Below, one piece after another: positions 39,249 to 48,204 of a stretch of DNA of 64,000 nt. The stretch spans positions 18,030 to 82,029 of the forward strand of contig JAUYNJ010000008.1 of NCBI GenBank assembly GCA_030696105.1, given 5' to 3'. Position numbers and translations under genes: made by a program. Origin of the DNA: a bacterium (GTDB taxonomy: Bacteria > Patescibacteriota > Patescibacteriia > Patescibacteriales > UBA12465). Below the pieces are notes generated by a model, which was given only the letters and a program-made list of their open reading frames with translations, ran no database searches and was not told the origin of the DNA. The first letter of the stretch is position 1, and the number at the start of each line of letters is the position of its first letter.

Positions 39249-39524
39249 TTAGTTTAAGCCTGGGAGGCCGCCCATTTCCTGCATCTTCTTGGCCATTAGG
39301 CGTTGAGCGCGTTTGATAGCGTCATTGAAGCAAGACTTAACAGCACTTGCTTGAGCCTCGGCGTTCAATTCTGGGTTAAGGGTTAATTCCATTATTTCTA
39401 AATTGCCGTTTAGAGTTAACTTTACGCCATTTTTTTCTTCAGTGACAGATTCCTGAGCAAGGGCGCTTTGCATGGTTTTTGCCTGGCTACGTAAATCTTT
39501 AAATTGTTTGAGTTTGTTGAACAT
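39249..39524 (-). CDS. ybaB: Nucleoid-associated protein YbaB/EbfC
   Basis: 91 aa in the conserved ybaB-recR pairing. It ends MQEMGGLPGLN. Confidence 0.85.
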   Translation of the reverse strand: MFNKLKQFKDLRSQAKTMQSALAQESVTEEKNGVKLTLNGNLEIMELTLNPELNAEAQASAVKSCFNDAIKRAQRLMAKKMQEMGGLPGLN

Positions 39525-39543
39525 ATTTTTATATTTAGATTAC

Positions 39544-40947
39544 TTAATTGTTGCTCGGATTATTTTGATGTGTTAAATTGCGGAAACTCGCGGTATTTTC
39601 ATCAAAGAATAAATCGATTTTGCCGGTTGGGCCGTTACGATGCTTGGCGATATATACTTCCGCTTTATATCTTTCATCCATCGGCAAATCGTTCGGATTG
39701 TAGGAACGGTCGGCGGCTTTGCGGTATAGAAACATTACAATGTCGGCATCCTGCTCAATGGAGCCGGAGTCACGCAGATGGGAGAGCTTAGGAATAGCGG
39801 GGCTAGTCGCTTCGACGGCACGGGAAAGCTGAGCAAGGGCAAGGACAGGGATATTTAATTCACGGGCGATACCTTTAAGTCCACGACTAATTTCACCAAT
39901 TTCCTGTACGCGGTTATCGCTATATTTACCGCGCCCTTCCATCAACTGTAAGTAATCAATAACGATAAGTCCTAATCCTTTTTCCATCTGTAAGCGGCGG
40001 CACTTGGCGCGAATTTCCATTACCGAGAGCGTGCTGGAATCATCAATATAAATGGGAGCATCCGCTAATTCACCCATGGCTTTGCCAATTTTTGTGAAGT
40101 CATTATCTTCGTCCTTATCGGATAAATTACCAGTTCTCATTTTCCAAAGATTGACGTTCGCTTGAGCGCAAAGCATGCGATCTACTAATTGCTCCTTGCC
40201 CATTTCCAGCGAGAAGATGCCGACCCCCGCTTTGTTGCGGATAGCAGCTTGGCGAGCGATATCAAGCGCGAGTGAAGTTTTACCGACACTGGGGCGGGCC
40301 GCAAGAATCACGAGGTCAGATTTCTGCAGACCGGCGAGCAGAGCATCAAGGTCAGTAAAACCCGTTGAGAGACCACGTAGTTTGCCGCCACCGCGTTTGT
40401 GTAATTCGTCGATGCGCTCAAAAGCGTCAGTGAGCAAACTATCGAGAGGCAAGAAGGCGTTCTTTAGAAATTTACGGGAGACGCCGAATATTTTTTTTTC
40501 AGTTTCATCAAGCAAGACATCAATATCTTTTTCTTCATCAAAGCTAGAGCTCGTAATTTCTGCGGCAGCTTGTTGCAAGCGACGCAGCGTTGCCTTTTTT
40601 TGAATGATGCTTGCATACTGCGCAATATTTCCAGCCGTGGCCACTGTGTTTGAGAGTTTAGCGAGATATGTACGTCCACCGATATCAGAAAGTTGTTTCT
40701 TGTCTTCTAATTTATTGGCGAGCGTAATAATATCTATTGGCTCTTGGCTGTTATATAACTCTTGTATTGATTCGTAAATCTTTTGATTGGCGTGACGATA
40801 GAAATCCTGAGGAAGGATCATGTCGACAATCTTAATAATGGCGTCCTTATCGATTAAGAGGCAGCCTATAAGCGACTCTTCAGCTTCAAGGCTGTGAGGC
40901 GGTATTTTTTCCAAAAGTGTCTTGTCTGTAGATACGAGTGTCGCCAT
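39544..40947 (-). CDS. dnaB: Replicative DNA helicase DnaB
   Basis: 467 aa with PPHSLEAEESLIGCLL, Walker A AARPSVGKT, and SIEQDADIVMFLYR. Confidence 0.95.
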   Translation of the reverse strand: MATLVSTDKTLLEKIPPHSLEAEESLIGCLLIDKDAIIKIVDMILPQDFYRHANQKIYESIQELYNSQEPIDIITLANKLEDKKQLSDIGGRTYLAKLSNTVATAGNIAQYASIIQKKATLRRLQQAAAEITSSSFDEEKDIDVLLDETEKKIFGVSRKFLKNAFLPLDSLLTDAFERIDELHKRGGGKLRGLSTGFTDLDALLAGLQKSDLVILAARPSVGKTSLALDIARQAAIRNKAGVGIFSLEMGKEQLVDRMLCAQANVNLWKMRTGNLSDKDEDNDFTKIGKAMGELADAPIYIDDSSTLSVMEIRAKCRRLQMEKGLGLIVIDYLQLMEGRGKYSDNRVQEIGEISRGLKGIARELNIPVLALAQLSRAVEATSPAIPKLSHLRDSGSIEQDADIVMFLYRKAADRSYNPNDLPMDERYKAEVYIAKHRNGPTGKIDLFFDENTASFRNLTHQNNPSNN

Positions 40948-41021
40948 ATATTTGCACCTTATTTTAGTGCTTATATCTTATCGTATAATCACAAAGCGAA
41001 CAAGACAAGTTTATTAACTAT

Positions 41022-41050
41022 TTATGCACGCTTTATACACGTTTTATCAC
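41022..41050. repeat. Three phased TTTATNCAC(G) direct repeats (DnaA-box-like), 11-bp period
   Basis: TTATGCACG (41022-41030), TTATACACG (41033-41041) and TTATCAC (41044-41050). Each matches the DnaA box TTATCCACA at most positions. Confidence 0.4.
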
Positions 41051-41130
41051 TTTATTATTACCGAAAATACGTTCAATTGACAATAACATAACATTATTTT
41101 AAAGTAGTGACAACTAACAACGGAGGGAAA

Positions 41131-41646
41131 ATGAACGACAATAGTTTTTTAACAATTCTCGGTCTGGAATACATGGACCTGCGTAAGGTTGTGCCTGAGT
41201 TCCACACTCTGGAGCCTGACGTTACCTATTACCGCAAAGGTAAGCTAAATCGCTTTGAGCGAGAATTATTCCTAGCGGAAATTGAGCTGTGTGACCGAGT
41301 CAGCGATCTCACCATTGATTCAATGGATGTTCAAGTAGAGTTGACGGAAGAGGCGCCGGACAATATGATTATCGACAGTGATCATTTAGAAGCTGTTCGG
41401 TATATGACCGAGCGAGCAACGGCAAACTATATTCCCATGGCGGAAGAAGTCGCTAGTCTTGAATTCCATCGTCGCCTCTGCTGGGACTTTCTCGAAAAAA
41501 AAATTCGCGAAAGATTCAAAATTCCTTGGGCACAAGGGTTTGTAATAACGGAAGACTACATTGTCTATTGGTATTACCATGATGATTTGGAAAAATCTCA
41601 AGGTGCTTATGCCGATGATGACGACGACGATAACGATGATTGGTAA
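41131..41646 (+). CDS. Hypothetical acidic protein with poly-Asp C-terminal tail
   Basis: About 171 aa from ATG 41131, which is preceded by GGAGGG. It ends AYADDDDDDNDDW. No recognised domain. Confidence 0.55.
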   Translation: MNDNSFLTILGLEYMDLRKVVPEFHTLEPDVTYYRKGKLNRFERELFLAEIELCDRVSDLTIDSMDVQVELTEEAPDNMIIDSDHLEAVRYMTERATANYIPMAEEVASLEFHRRLCWDFLEKKIRERFKIPWAQGFVITEDYIVYWYYHDDLEKSQGAYADDDDDDNDDW

Positions 41647-41688
41647 TAAAAAAAATCACCCCAAAAAGGGTGGTTTTTCATTTATGGG

Positions 41689-41762
41689 AGCCGCCTGTCG
41701 GATTCGAACCCACGACCTGCTGTTTACAAAACAGCTGCTCTAACCAACTGAGCTAAGGCGGC
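41689..41762 (-). tRNA. tRNA-Thr (anticodon UGU)
   Basis: The reverse complement folds as GCCGCCT-TA-GCTC-AGTTGGTTA-GAGC-A-GCTGT-TTTGTAA-ACAGC-AGGTC-GTGGG-TTCGAAT-CCGAC-AGGCGGC-T. It is 74 nt with one G-G mismatch in the T-stem and no encoded CCA. Confidence 0.85.
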
Positions 41763-41795
41763 GATGTATCTATTTAGTTGTGATAACAACTACTG

Positions 41796-41868
41796 TGCGC
41801 CCAACAGGACTCGAACCTGTGACCTTATCCTTAAAAGGGATCTGCTCTACCAACTGAGCTATGAGCGC
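41796..41868 (-). tRNA. tRNA-Lys (anticodon UUU)
   Basis: The reverse complement folds as GCGCTCA-TA-GCTC-AGTTGGTA-GAGC-A-GATCC-CTTTTAA-GGATA-AGGTC-ACAGG-TTCGAGT-CCTGT-TGGGCGC-A. It is 73 nt. Confidence 0.88.
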
Positions 41869-41932
41869 GCTCAACTAAAAATAAGTCGTAATAGACTTAT
41901 ATTTGATTTGATATTATCAAAAAACTATTTTT

Positions 41933-41962
41933 TTGACAAGGGTTTGGGCAAATGCTTATAAT
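41933..41962 (+). promoter_or_regulatory. mtaB promoter
   Basis: TTGACA (41933-41938), an 18-nt spacer, then TATAAT (41957-41962). Confidence 0.55.
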
Positions 41963-41971
41963 ATCCATATT

Positions 41972-43246
41972 ATGAGTAATAATAAGCTGACATTCCTAAT
42001 AAGAGCTCTTGGCTGTAAGGTGTCGCAGTATGACGCGGCGGAATTAAGACGAGAACTCGAATCTCGGGGTCTTAGTATGGTTGAGAGTGACCCCTCGGCG
42101 GTAATTATTAACACCTGCGCCGTTACCCATGCTGCTATGCGTAAGGATAGACAATTGGCGCGGAAGCTTAAAGCGACTTATCCCGAGACCCTACTCGTCG
42201 TCATGGGTTGCTGGCCGCAAACTAACGAGATGATGGCAAAAACTGACTTAGGGGATGAGTCGATATTATTCTGGGGAGTAGGTAAGATTAAGGAGCTAGC
42301 AGAAACTATTTGTGTTAGATTGCAGTTGCCTGTGCAGTCCGTAACAAGCAATAGCGGTTTAGTGGTTAGTTCGGAAAAGTCGCGCTACATTCTTAAAGTC
42401 GGCGATGGCTGTAATCAGTTCTGTTCCTATTGTCTAATTCCTTTCGCCCGCGGTCGTCTGCAGAGCAGAAAAAAAGAAGCAATCTTAGCGGAGGCTAAGG
42501 CGGCAATTGAGTCTGGTTATGATGAAATTATCTTAAGCGGTATCCATCTTGGTTTATATGGTACCGATTTAAATAAGAATTACGGTCTAAACAATTTATT
42601 AATTGAACTTCTACAACTTTCTGAAACAACTCGTTTTCGTTTAAGCTCAATTGAAATAACTGAAGTTGATGATGATTTAATGTCGCTAATAGCCAACAGT
42701 GAGGGGCGTCTTTGTCGGCATTTACACATATCATTACAGTCAGGGAGCGACAAAATTCTGTCCGCTATGAAACGTCCATATAACACGGCCTACTTTCTTG
42801 ATCGGCTTAAGACGATACGAGCAGTTATGCCAGAGATTGGTATCACGACCGACGTCATTGTCGGTTTTCCAGGAGAAAGCGATGAGGATTTTAATGATAC
42901 TCTGAGTTTTTTAAAGCAGTGCGACTTCGCCGGCATTCATGTTTTTCCTTTTTCGGCGCACGAGCAAACTGCAGCCTATAATCTTCCGGAGAAGGTGTCG
43001 CCCAAGCAGATAAAAGAGAGGGCTCTGACTTTGCGAGTTGTCTCAGAAGACGCGGCCTCATCGTATAGAGAAAATATATTAAAACGTTATGCGGGGAAGA
43101 TGCTTAAATTAGTATCAGAAAAGAAGGGTGGCGAATGCATTAAAGGGCACTCAGAATTTTATCCAGTTTTTTCGTTTCCGAAAATATTAGCACCCGGACT
43201 CAAAACAGGGAAGATGGTTGAAGTTGAGGTGAGGCATTTAAGTTAA
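41972..43246 (+). CDS. mtaB: tRNA t6A37 methylthiotransferase MtaB-like (radical SAM)
   Basis: ALGCKVSQYDAAEL, radical-SAM cluster CNQFCSYCLIPFARG, and a TRAM-like C-terminus. ATG 41972 is preferred because the track start overlaps the promoter. Confidence 0.85.
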   Translation: MSNNKLTFLIRALGCKVSQYDAAELRRELESRGLSMVESDPSAVIINTCAVTHAAMRKDRQLARKLKATYPETLLVVMGCWPQTNEMMAKTDLGDESILFWGVGKIKELAETICVRLQLPVQSVTSNSGLVVSSEKSRYILKVGDGCNQFCSYCLIPFARGRLQSRKKEAILAEAKAAIESGYDEIILSGIHLGLYGTDLNKNYGLNNLLIELLQLSETTRFRLSSIEITEVDDDLMSLIANSEGRLCRHLHISLQSGSDKILSAMKRPYNTAYFLDRLKTIRAVMPEIGITTDVIVGFPGESDEDFNDTLSFLKQCDFAGIHVFPFSAHEQTAAYNLPEKVSPKQIKERALTLRVVSEDAASSYRENILKRYAGKMLKLVSEKKGGECIKGHSEFYPVFSFPKILAPGLKTGKMVEVEVRHLS

Positions 43247-43279
43247 ATACAAAAAACACAATAAGTATAAGGTTAAATC

Positions 43280-43300
43280 GTCCGCTAAGGCGGACCTTTT
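43280..43300 (+). terminator. Rho-independent terminator after mtaB
   Basis: GTCCGC-taag-GCGGAC hairpin followed by CTTTTT. Confidence 0.65.
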
Positions 43301-43335
43301 TATTATACTGGCTCCTGTGGATAAGTGTGCACCCC

Positions 43336-43358
43336 ACTACCTTGCATAAAAAGGTAGT
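43336..43358 (+). promoter_or_regulatory. Perfect 8-bp inverted repeat overlapping the padR promoter (candidate PadR operator)
   Basis: ACTACCTT-N7-AAGGTAGT. It overlaps -35 TTGCAT (43342-43347) and the spacer of a TTGCAT-N17-TATATT promoter whose -10 is at 43365-43370. Confidence 0.5.
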
Positions 43359-43393
43359 ATGTGCTATATTAATAATAATCATTCAAAAAACAT

Positions 43394-43744
43394 ATGCCTA
43401 ACGAAAACAAAACAAGCCTTGAAAGCTCTCGGGCGCAAATGCGAAAAGGATTACTGGAATACTGTATTCTGCTCGTTATTTCCCGCAAGAAAGTATACGC
43501 CTCGGATATTATCTCTTCCTTACGCACTGCTGATTTGCTGGTTGTGGAGGGGACGATGTACCCTCTGCTTAGTCGCTTAAAGAATGACGGCCTACTCGAT
43601 TACCACTGGCAGGAGTCAAAAAGCGGACCGCCCCGCAAGTACTACGAATTAACCGGTCAGGGCAAAGCGATGCTCAAACAACTCGACCTTACATGGGAAA
43701 TGCTTCAATCATCAATAAATGCCTTGCGTACCGCAAAGGCCTAA
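43394..43744 (+). CDS. PadR-family transcriptional regulator
   Basis: 116 aa: LLEYCILLVISRKKVYASDIISSL...EGTMYPLLSRLKNDGLL...ESKSGPPRKYYELT. Confidence 0.9.
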   Translation: MPNENKTSLESSRAQMRKGLLEYCILLVISRKKVYASDIISSLRTADLLVVEGTMYPLLSRLKNDGLLDYHWQESKSGPPRKYYELTGQGKAMLKQLDLTWEMLQSSINALRTAKA

Positions 43745-43748
43745 CTAT

Positions 43749-45560
43749 ATGAAAAAAACAATTTCAATCAATCTCGGCGGCACCCTCTTCTACGCAGAAG
43801 ACGATGCCTTCGCCCGCCTAGACTCGTACTTGCGGGAAGTGGAGCGCTACTTTAGCGCTAAGGGTGATGACAGCGCTGAAATTTTGCGCGACATCGAAAC
43901 CAGTCTCGCTGAACATTTCAATGCCGCTGGCGCTGGTGAATTAAAAAGAGCCGTCACTTTACCTGAAGTTGAAGATGCCTTAAAAAATATGGGCACCATC
44001 AATGATTTTTCCGACGAGGAAAAAGTCGCTGGCAAAACATTCACAAAGACGGAAAGCGACGGGCCAAGACGTTTCTATCGTGATGGCGATAGCGCCGTTA
44101 TCGGCGGTGTCTGTGCTGGTCTCGGTCATTACTTTGGTATTGATCCAGTCTGGATTCGCCTGCTCTTCGCCCTCTCCTTATTCCTCTGGGGCTTTGGTGT
44201 GATTATTTACTTCTTACTCTGGATTGCCGCTCCTGAAGCTAAAACTGCGGCCGAAAAGTTGGTGATGCAGGGTGCTGCCGTTAATTTATCGTCACTCACA
44301 GCACAGATGAAAGAAAATATTAATTCAGAGAAAATTAAAGATACAAGCAATGCCGCTGCCGACTCCTTTACTCGTTTCTTTAAGCGCCTGTTTGCGTTAA
44401 TTGGTCGCGTTTTTCAGGGCTTTGGTCCATTAATTAGAATATTCTTCGGCCTTTTATTTGGGCTGGTCGCGTTGACCGGGTTTTGTGCGATTACGCTTGT
44501 AGGACTGATCGCCACTTTAAACGGTCCTCAATATTTAGAACCAGGATTTATCACTGCAATCGGTTGGTCGTATCCCTGGTTAGTGAGCGCTCTAACGCTT
44601 GTTGCTGCTATTCCATTTCTAGTTGTTTTGTTTGCTTCAATTTCACTTCTCATCAACCGTAAGTTAATATCTGGTTTAGTGTGGCTCTTAATGTTACTCT
44701 TGTGGTTTGCCGGTATTTTGTCTCTTGGCACTTTAGGGTCTGACGCCTATACCCGCGTTCATCCGTATCTGTCAGAAAGCCGCCTGGAAAATATCACTAT
44801 TAATGAAGAGGTTAAATCGATATCAGTTGACGCACCTTATTATCTAACAGTTATTGTTGGTAATGAAGTTAAGCTGAGAGCGGAGGGACATCCGGCTGAT
44901 CTTAGCCGCATAGAAACCTCAGTCACAAATGGAGTCTTGCAAATTGAAGCGCAGCGTCTCGACACCCGTATTTGTATTACTTGTGGACGTTCAATTAATT
45001 TAGTCCTTGAAATGCCAACCTCAACCTTACAGAATATTACTATGAATGGTGGTAGCGTACTCAATATGAAGAATTGGCAGTCAGATAAGCTTGCGCTTGC
45101 TTTCTATGGATACAGTGGTGGCAATCTGAGCGTGGATGTAACAACGTTACAACTACAAACAACGGATTTTGCTGATGTTGATTTTCTTGAAGGCGAGATT
45201 GATGAACTAGCGGCAAGCTTCCAGGGTTGGAGTCGCATAAATACAAGGCCTACAAAAATATCAAGGGCCGCCATAACTCTCGGAGGCTCAGCTCGGGGTA
45301 CGGTTGAAATCAGTGAGTTATTGAAATTACAAGTTTTACCAAACAGCTCCTCAGCCCGTCTATTCTATAATCCCGATGTTAAATTAATTGAAGCGGATAT
45401 TTCCGCGCAGAATAATTTGCGTCTTATCGGACAGGAAAGAGACAATACAGATATGTGGGTAGTTGAAGATTCGGTTGAGGAAAACCTGATCCGCCTGGAA
45501 CGACTTGAAGATGAATACCAGGATTATGAAAATGACGTATATCGCTATCAGGTGAGATAA
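43749..45560 (+). CDS. Membrane sensor-like protein: HAAS/DUF1700-like N-terminus + PspC domain + multi-TM + GIN (DUF2807)-like C-terminal domain
   Basis: The PspC motif is RFYRDGDSAVIGGVCAGLGHYFGIDPVWIRLLFAL. Several TM helices follow. The C-terminus (ISVDAPYYLTVIVGNEVKLRAEG...TNGVLQIEAQ) resembles GIN domains. ATG 43749 is preferred. Confidence 0.75.
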   Translation: MKKTISINLGGTLFYAEDDAFARLDSYLREVERYFSAKGDDSAEILRDIETSLAEHFNAAGAGELKRAVTLPEVEDALKNMGTINDFSDEEKVAGKTFTKTESDGPRRFYRDGDSAVIGGVCAGLGHYFGIDPVWIRLLFALSLFLWGFGVIIYFLLWIAAPEAKTAAEKLVMQGAAVNLSSLTAQMKENINSEKIKDTSNAAADSFTRFFKRLFALIGRVFQGFGPLIRIFFGLLFGLVALTGFCAITLVGLIATLNGPQYLEPGFITAIGWSYPWLVSALTLVAAIPFLVVLFASISLLINRKLISGLVWLLMLLLWFAGILSLGTLGSDAYTRVHPYLSESRLENITINEEVKSISVDAPYYLTVIVGNEVKLRAEGHPADLSRIETSVTNGVLQIEAQRLDTRICITCGRSINLVLEMPTSTLQNITMNGGSVLNMKNWQSDKLALAFYGYSGGNLSVDVTTLQLQTTDFADVDFLEGEIDELAASFQGWSRINTRPTKISRAAITLGGSARGTVEISELLKLQVLPNSSSARLFYNPDVKLIEADISAQNNLRLIGQERDNTDMWVVEDSVEENLIRLERLEDEYQDYENDVYRYQVR

Positions 45561-45577
45561 GTTACAAAACACATGAA

Positions 45578-45608
45578 AAGCTTGCCTCGGAATCGGCAAG
45601 CTTTTTTT
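45578..45608 (+). terminator. Rho-independent terminator
   Basis: AAGCTTGCC-tcggaatc-GGCAAGCTT hairpin followed by a T-run. Confidence 0.75.
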
Positions 45609-45654
45609 GTTACTTTTTCTTTGTGCTAGCGTTTGATATAATGGAATCAAGAAT

Positions 45655-46245
45655 ATGGCCAAAATCTTAGATGACCAATTAGAAGCGGAGATGATCATCG
45701 CCGCCAAAGACAGAAATGCCGAAGCCTTCGGGAGTCTTTATGACGCTTATATTAAGAAAATTTACAATTTCGTATATTACAAAACATTGAATAAGGAAAA
45801 CGCTGAGGATATAACGAGCGTAGTATTCATTAAAGCCTGGGAGAAGTTACCGCAGTTTAAGGAGGGAAGCTTTGGTGCCTGGTTGTATACAATTGCCCGC
45901 AACGCCGTTATTGACCATTACCGTCGCGAGAAGTCGACCGTTGATATTGAAGATTGCTGGGACTTAAGCGATGGCACGGACTTTCTGGCAAATATCGATC
46001 GTGGTCTGAATTTAGAAAAGATTAAAGAAGCGATGTCAGAGCTTTCAGTCCAAGATCGCGAAATCCTCATTATGCGTTTTTGGCAAGACTTATCCTTTCA
46101 GGAAATTGCCGACCAGCTTGGTAAGAAAGAAGGGGCGATTAAAATGGCTTGTGGTCGCGCTCTTAAATCCTTAAAAACTAAAATTCCCTTTGCCCTGTTT
46201 CTTCTACTGCCGGGAATTATGCAAATATGCAAGAAAATGAATTAA
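45655..46245 (+). CDS. ECF-type RNA polymerase sigma-70 family factor
   Basis: Region 2 is FGAWLYTIARNAVIDHYRRE and region 4 is REILIMRFWQDLSFQEIADQLGKKEGAIKMACGRALKSL. Confidence 0.88.
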   Translation: MAKILDDQLEAEMIIAAKDRNAEAFGSLYDAYIKKIYNFVYYKTLNKENAEDITSVVFIKAWEKLPQFKEGSFGAWLYTIARNAVIDHYRREKSTVDIEDCWDLSDGTDFLANIDRGLNLEKIKEAMSELSVQDREILIMRFWQDLSFQEIADQLGKKEGAIKMACGRALKSLKTKIPFALFLLLPGIMQICKKMN

Positions 46246-47819
46246 ACATTATGTTGGCGGAGCTATACCGCGTCGATCCAACTCTGCGTGAATATGAGGA
46301 GCAACTTAAGCACCTTATTACTCAGATGACGGATTTGCGCCCAGATTCACAATTTACTCCCGCTTTAGCGGCGCGCCTAAAGGAGGAGGTAATGAAAACG
46401 GTGCAACAAAATAATCATCTCCAAGAAAACAATTTTAACTTTAACTTTATGAACAAGAAATTTTATTACTTTGCCGCCCCCGCTTTAGTGCTTGGTGTCG
46501 TAGCGGTCATCGTGCTATTGAATCCAGTGGTACGCACTGGGGACGTGGCCAGAACTGGTGTCTTCAACAACAAGGCATCTGATGAAGGTGTCAGCCGCTT
46601 AGCGGCGAATGCTTTCGGTGTTTTGAGTGGAGCGAGTAGTTCGGCTGTACAAAATGAAGCCGCTCCTCTCGCTGCTCGTAGCGTTGACTCGACTTTAAGT
46701 GGTGAGTTGGCAAGCGTTTCAAGTGATGGCGATATGGCTGTTACTTCGGGCGTGGCGACTGCACCTGGTTTTGCTTTAGGACTCGGTGGTGGTGGCGCCA
46801 TGGACGGCAAGATGATAATGCCGTATTTCGACTTTAAGTACGTTTATACTGGCGATCCAATTGTCTTAGAAGAAGGTAGCTCTGACGTCTATCGTCGTTT
46901 GAAGGGAGGCTCAACTGCTGCACGCTCCTTGGCCTCAATGGTTGGCAATCTTGATCTTAGTGGCGTCAAATTGAGCAAGTTTAGCAACCTCAGCGCTACA
47001 AACTTAACCTTAACTGAAGAAAAAGAAAAAGGTTTAATGATAACCTTAGACTTCATGGAGGATAGTATCTATATTTCTGAAAACTGGCAGCGCTGGATCT
47101 TAGCAGAAAGAGACGCTTGTGGTCAGGATGAGGCTTGCTGGGCTCGTTTCCGTCTAAGTATCAATGATGTACCGGCTGACTCAGAACTCATCGCCATGAC
47201 TAATAAATTCATGTCTGATCATGAAATTGATCTTCAAAACTACGGCACCCCAGAAGTCGATAACAACTGGCGCCTTGGTTACGACATTGCTGAGGATAAG
47301 AACAACTTCTATATCCCGGAATATGCGAGCGTCGTTTACCCACTCTTAATTAACAATGAACCGGTTCGCGATCAGGGTGGTAACTATGCTGGTATTCGTG
47401 TTAATATCAACTTATTACAGAAGGGCGTAACCGGTCTTTACGGCCTAACGCCATTCCGCTACGAAGCCTCAGCCTATGCTCTTGAAACTTCAGCGGAGAG
47501 AATTATTCGCATCGCTGAGAATGGTGGACAGGGCGGCATGTTCTTCAATGGCAGTGAAACTGGTACTACCGAAATACAACTTGGCACTCCGACAAAGTCA
47601 TATGTGCAGACTTATCGCTATCAGAATAACCGCAGTGAAGAATTACTCGTGCCTGCGCTCGTCTTCCCAATTTTGAATCCTGAAGCCTTCGGTTTCTACG
47701 GACAACGCTCAGTAATCGTACCGCTTGTACAGGAGATGTTGGGCGAGCTGGAAGCTAGAAATGTGCCTGGCGATGGTGGTATCGGTATCATGCCAGTAAT
47801 AATGGAAGCTAGACAGTAA
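46227..47819 (+). CDS. Single-pass membrane protein, putative cognate anti-sigma factor with large extracytoplasmic domain
   Basis: It overlaps the sigma gene by 19 nt. A ~80-aa cytoplasmic N-terminus is followed by one TM helix (YYFAAPALVLGVVAVIVLL) and a ~430-aa outside domain. There is no ZAS motif, so the function is inferred from context. Confidence 0.5.
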   Translation: MQENELNIMLAELYRVDPTLREYEEQLKHLITQMTDLRPDSQFTPALAARLKEEVMKTVQQNNHLQENNFNFNFMNKKFYYFAAPALVLGVVAVIVLLNPVVRTGDVARTGVFNNKASDEGVSRLAANAFGVLSGASSSAVQNEAAPLAARSVDSTLSGELASVSSDGDMAVTSGVATAPGFALGLGGGGAMDGKMIMPYFDFKYVYTGDPIVLEEGSSDVYRRLKGGSTAARSLASMVGNLDLSGVKLSKFSNLSATNLTLTEEKEKGLMITLDFMEDSIYISENWQRWILAERDACGQDEACWARFRLSINDVPADSELIAMTNKFMSDHEIDLQNYGTPEVDNNWRLGYDIAEDKNNFYIPEYASVVYPLLINNEPVRDQGGNYAGIRVNINLLQKGVTGLYGLTPFRYEASAYALETSAERIIRIAENGGQGGMFFNGSETGTTEIQLGTPTKSYVQTYRYQNNRSEELLVPALVFPILNPEAFGFYGQRSVIVPLVQEMLGELEARNVPGDGGIGIMPVIMEARQ

Positions 47820-47883
47820 GAAAATATTGAATGAAATAAAAAAAGGTCACGTGTAAACGTGTCCTTTTTGTTTTTAGTGATGA

Positions 47884-48204
47884 TTAAAAAATAACCAAAA
47901 TAACTCCGATGACGAATAAGGTGGTAAAAATGATCTTATTATAGCGCGCGAGATACTGGGGGAGGTAGATATCGAAATTATCTCGTCTGTCTTCGGTATA
48001 CTTGCCAGCAACGGCTGTTAGCGGGCAGCTCCATTTATTAATAAGTAAGACGAGGCCTTCAAATACAATGAGTCCAATACAAAACCACAGTAGAGGAGTG
48101 AGCTTGTTTGTGTAGCCACTATAGACAATATACAAAGTAGCAGCTGCCATTACAGCCCAAATAATTGTGTGAGTGGTTTTAATTAAAACTAGCTTGCTTA
48201 TCAT
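47884..48204 (-). CDS. Small polytopic membrane protein (DUF2784-like, CPLT motif)
   Basis: 106 aa with 3-4 hydrophobic segments and the motif NKWSCPLTAV. Its start overlaps the upstream 57-aa ORF in an ATGA junction. Confidence 0.6.
   Translation of the reverse strand: MISKLVLIKTTHTIIWAVMAAATLYIVYSGYTNKLTPLLWFCIGLIVFEGLVLLINKWSCPLTAVAGKYTEDRRDNFDIYLPQYLARYNKIIFTTLFVIGVILVIF

Noticed and set aside
41561-41961. Two ~60-aa plus-strand ORFs (41561-41743 and 41764-41961)
   Set aside because: They overlap the tRNA-Thr and tRNA-Lys genes on the opposite strand, and so are artefacts of the tRNA sequence.
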